Source of the DNA: Eledone cirrhosa
Taxonomy: Eukaryota
Assembly (NCBI GenBank): GCA_964016885.1
Contig: OZ024755.1
Coordinates: forward strand, 33,790,001 to 33,854,000
Length of the DNA: 64,000 bases
Direction: 5' to 3'
Below the pieces are notes generated by a model. That model saw nothing but the letters and a program-made list of their open reading frames with translations. It searched no databases and was not told where the DNA came from. The position numbers and the translations under genes are program-made. Shown in pieces: positions 63,635 through 64,000 of the stretch (position 1 is the stretch's first letter; every line of letters begins with the position of its first letter).

Positions 63635-63668
<34 letters not shown>

Positions 63669-64000
63669 CACACACAACAAGGTTATATACTTGAAAGCTT
63701 TGCCATATCATGGAATTCCATAATACAAAACTTATTTTACCTTTGACTTCAATGTTAGAATTTCTGTGGAGAATTTAGAAAACACTACCTCTCTGCACCC
63801 CCAAAAATAAACAACAACTAATGCAACCACTTTTACACATGAAAATAACCATTTTTAAACACATGCAGTAGACTATACATGAATACATTTTAAATGAAAT
63901 AGATTAAAGTTGAATTGTTAGCTTTTGGTTGAATGATCATTATATTTATCAGCACATTACGTTCAGTCTGATCGTTAATTCATGCACTTAGGAATCATTC

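Overview
AT-rich eukaryotic DNA made almost entirely of repeats. Its SINE/LINE repertoire and microsatellite load look like an octopod cephalopod genome (inference). No intact host gene, rRNA/tRNA gene or CRISPR array is supported; nearly all long ORFs in the track are translations of micro- or minisatellites. Recognisable content: many 5'-truncated RTE-clade LINE fragments, a CR1/Jockey-group RT fragment, a ~3 kb Penelope-like element (RT + GIY-YIG), a mariner remnant, TTAA-flanked piggyBac-type MITEs, hAT MITEs, a complete non-autonomous Helitron, at least three tRNA-derived SINE families and several minisatellites. Most notable: (i) seven sequence-unrelated type I hammerhead ribozyme motifs, intact or decayed, most sitting in short segments docked at (TA)n tracts; (ii) two tandem near-perfect 129-bp palindromes built from a hammerhead 3' half; (iii) a 54-bp minisatellite that appears to be an amplified RTE zinc-finger segment with two ~2 kb open frames; (iv) SINE/LINE module sharing and long (146-185 bp) direct repeats around inserts. 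All calls are by eye, and boundaries not tied to a quoted motif are approximate.
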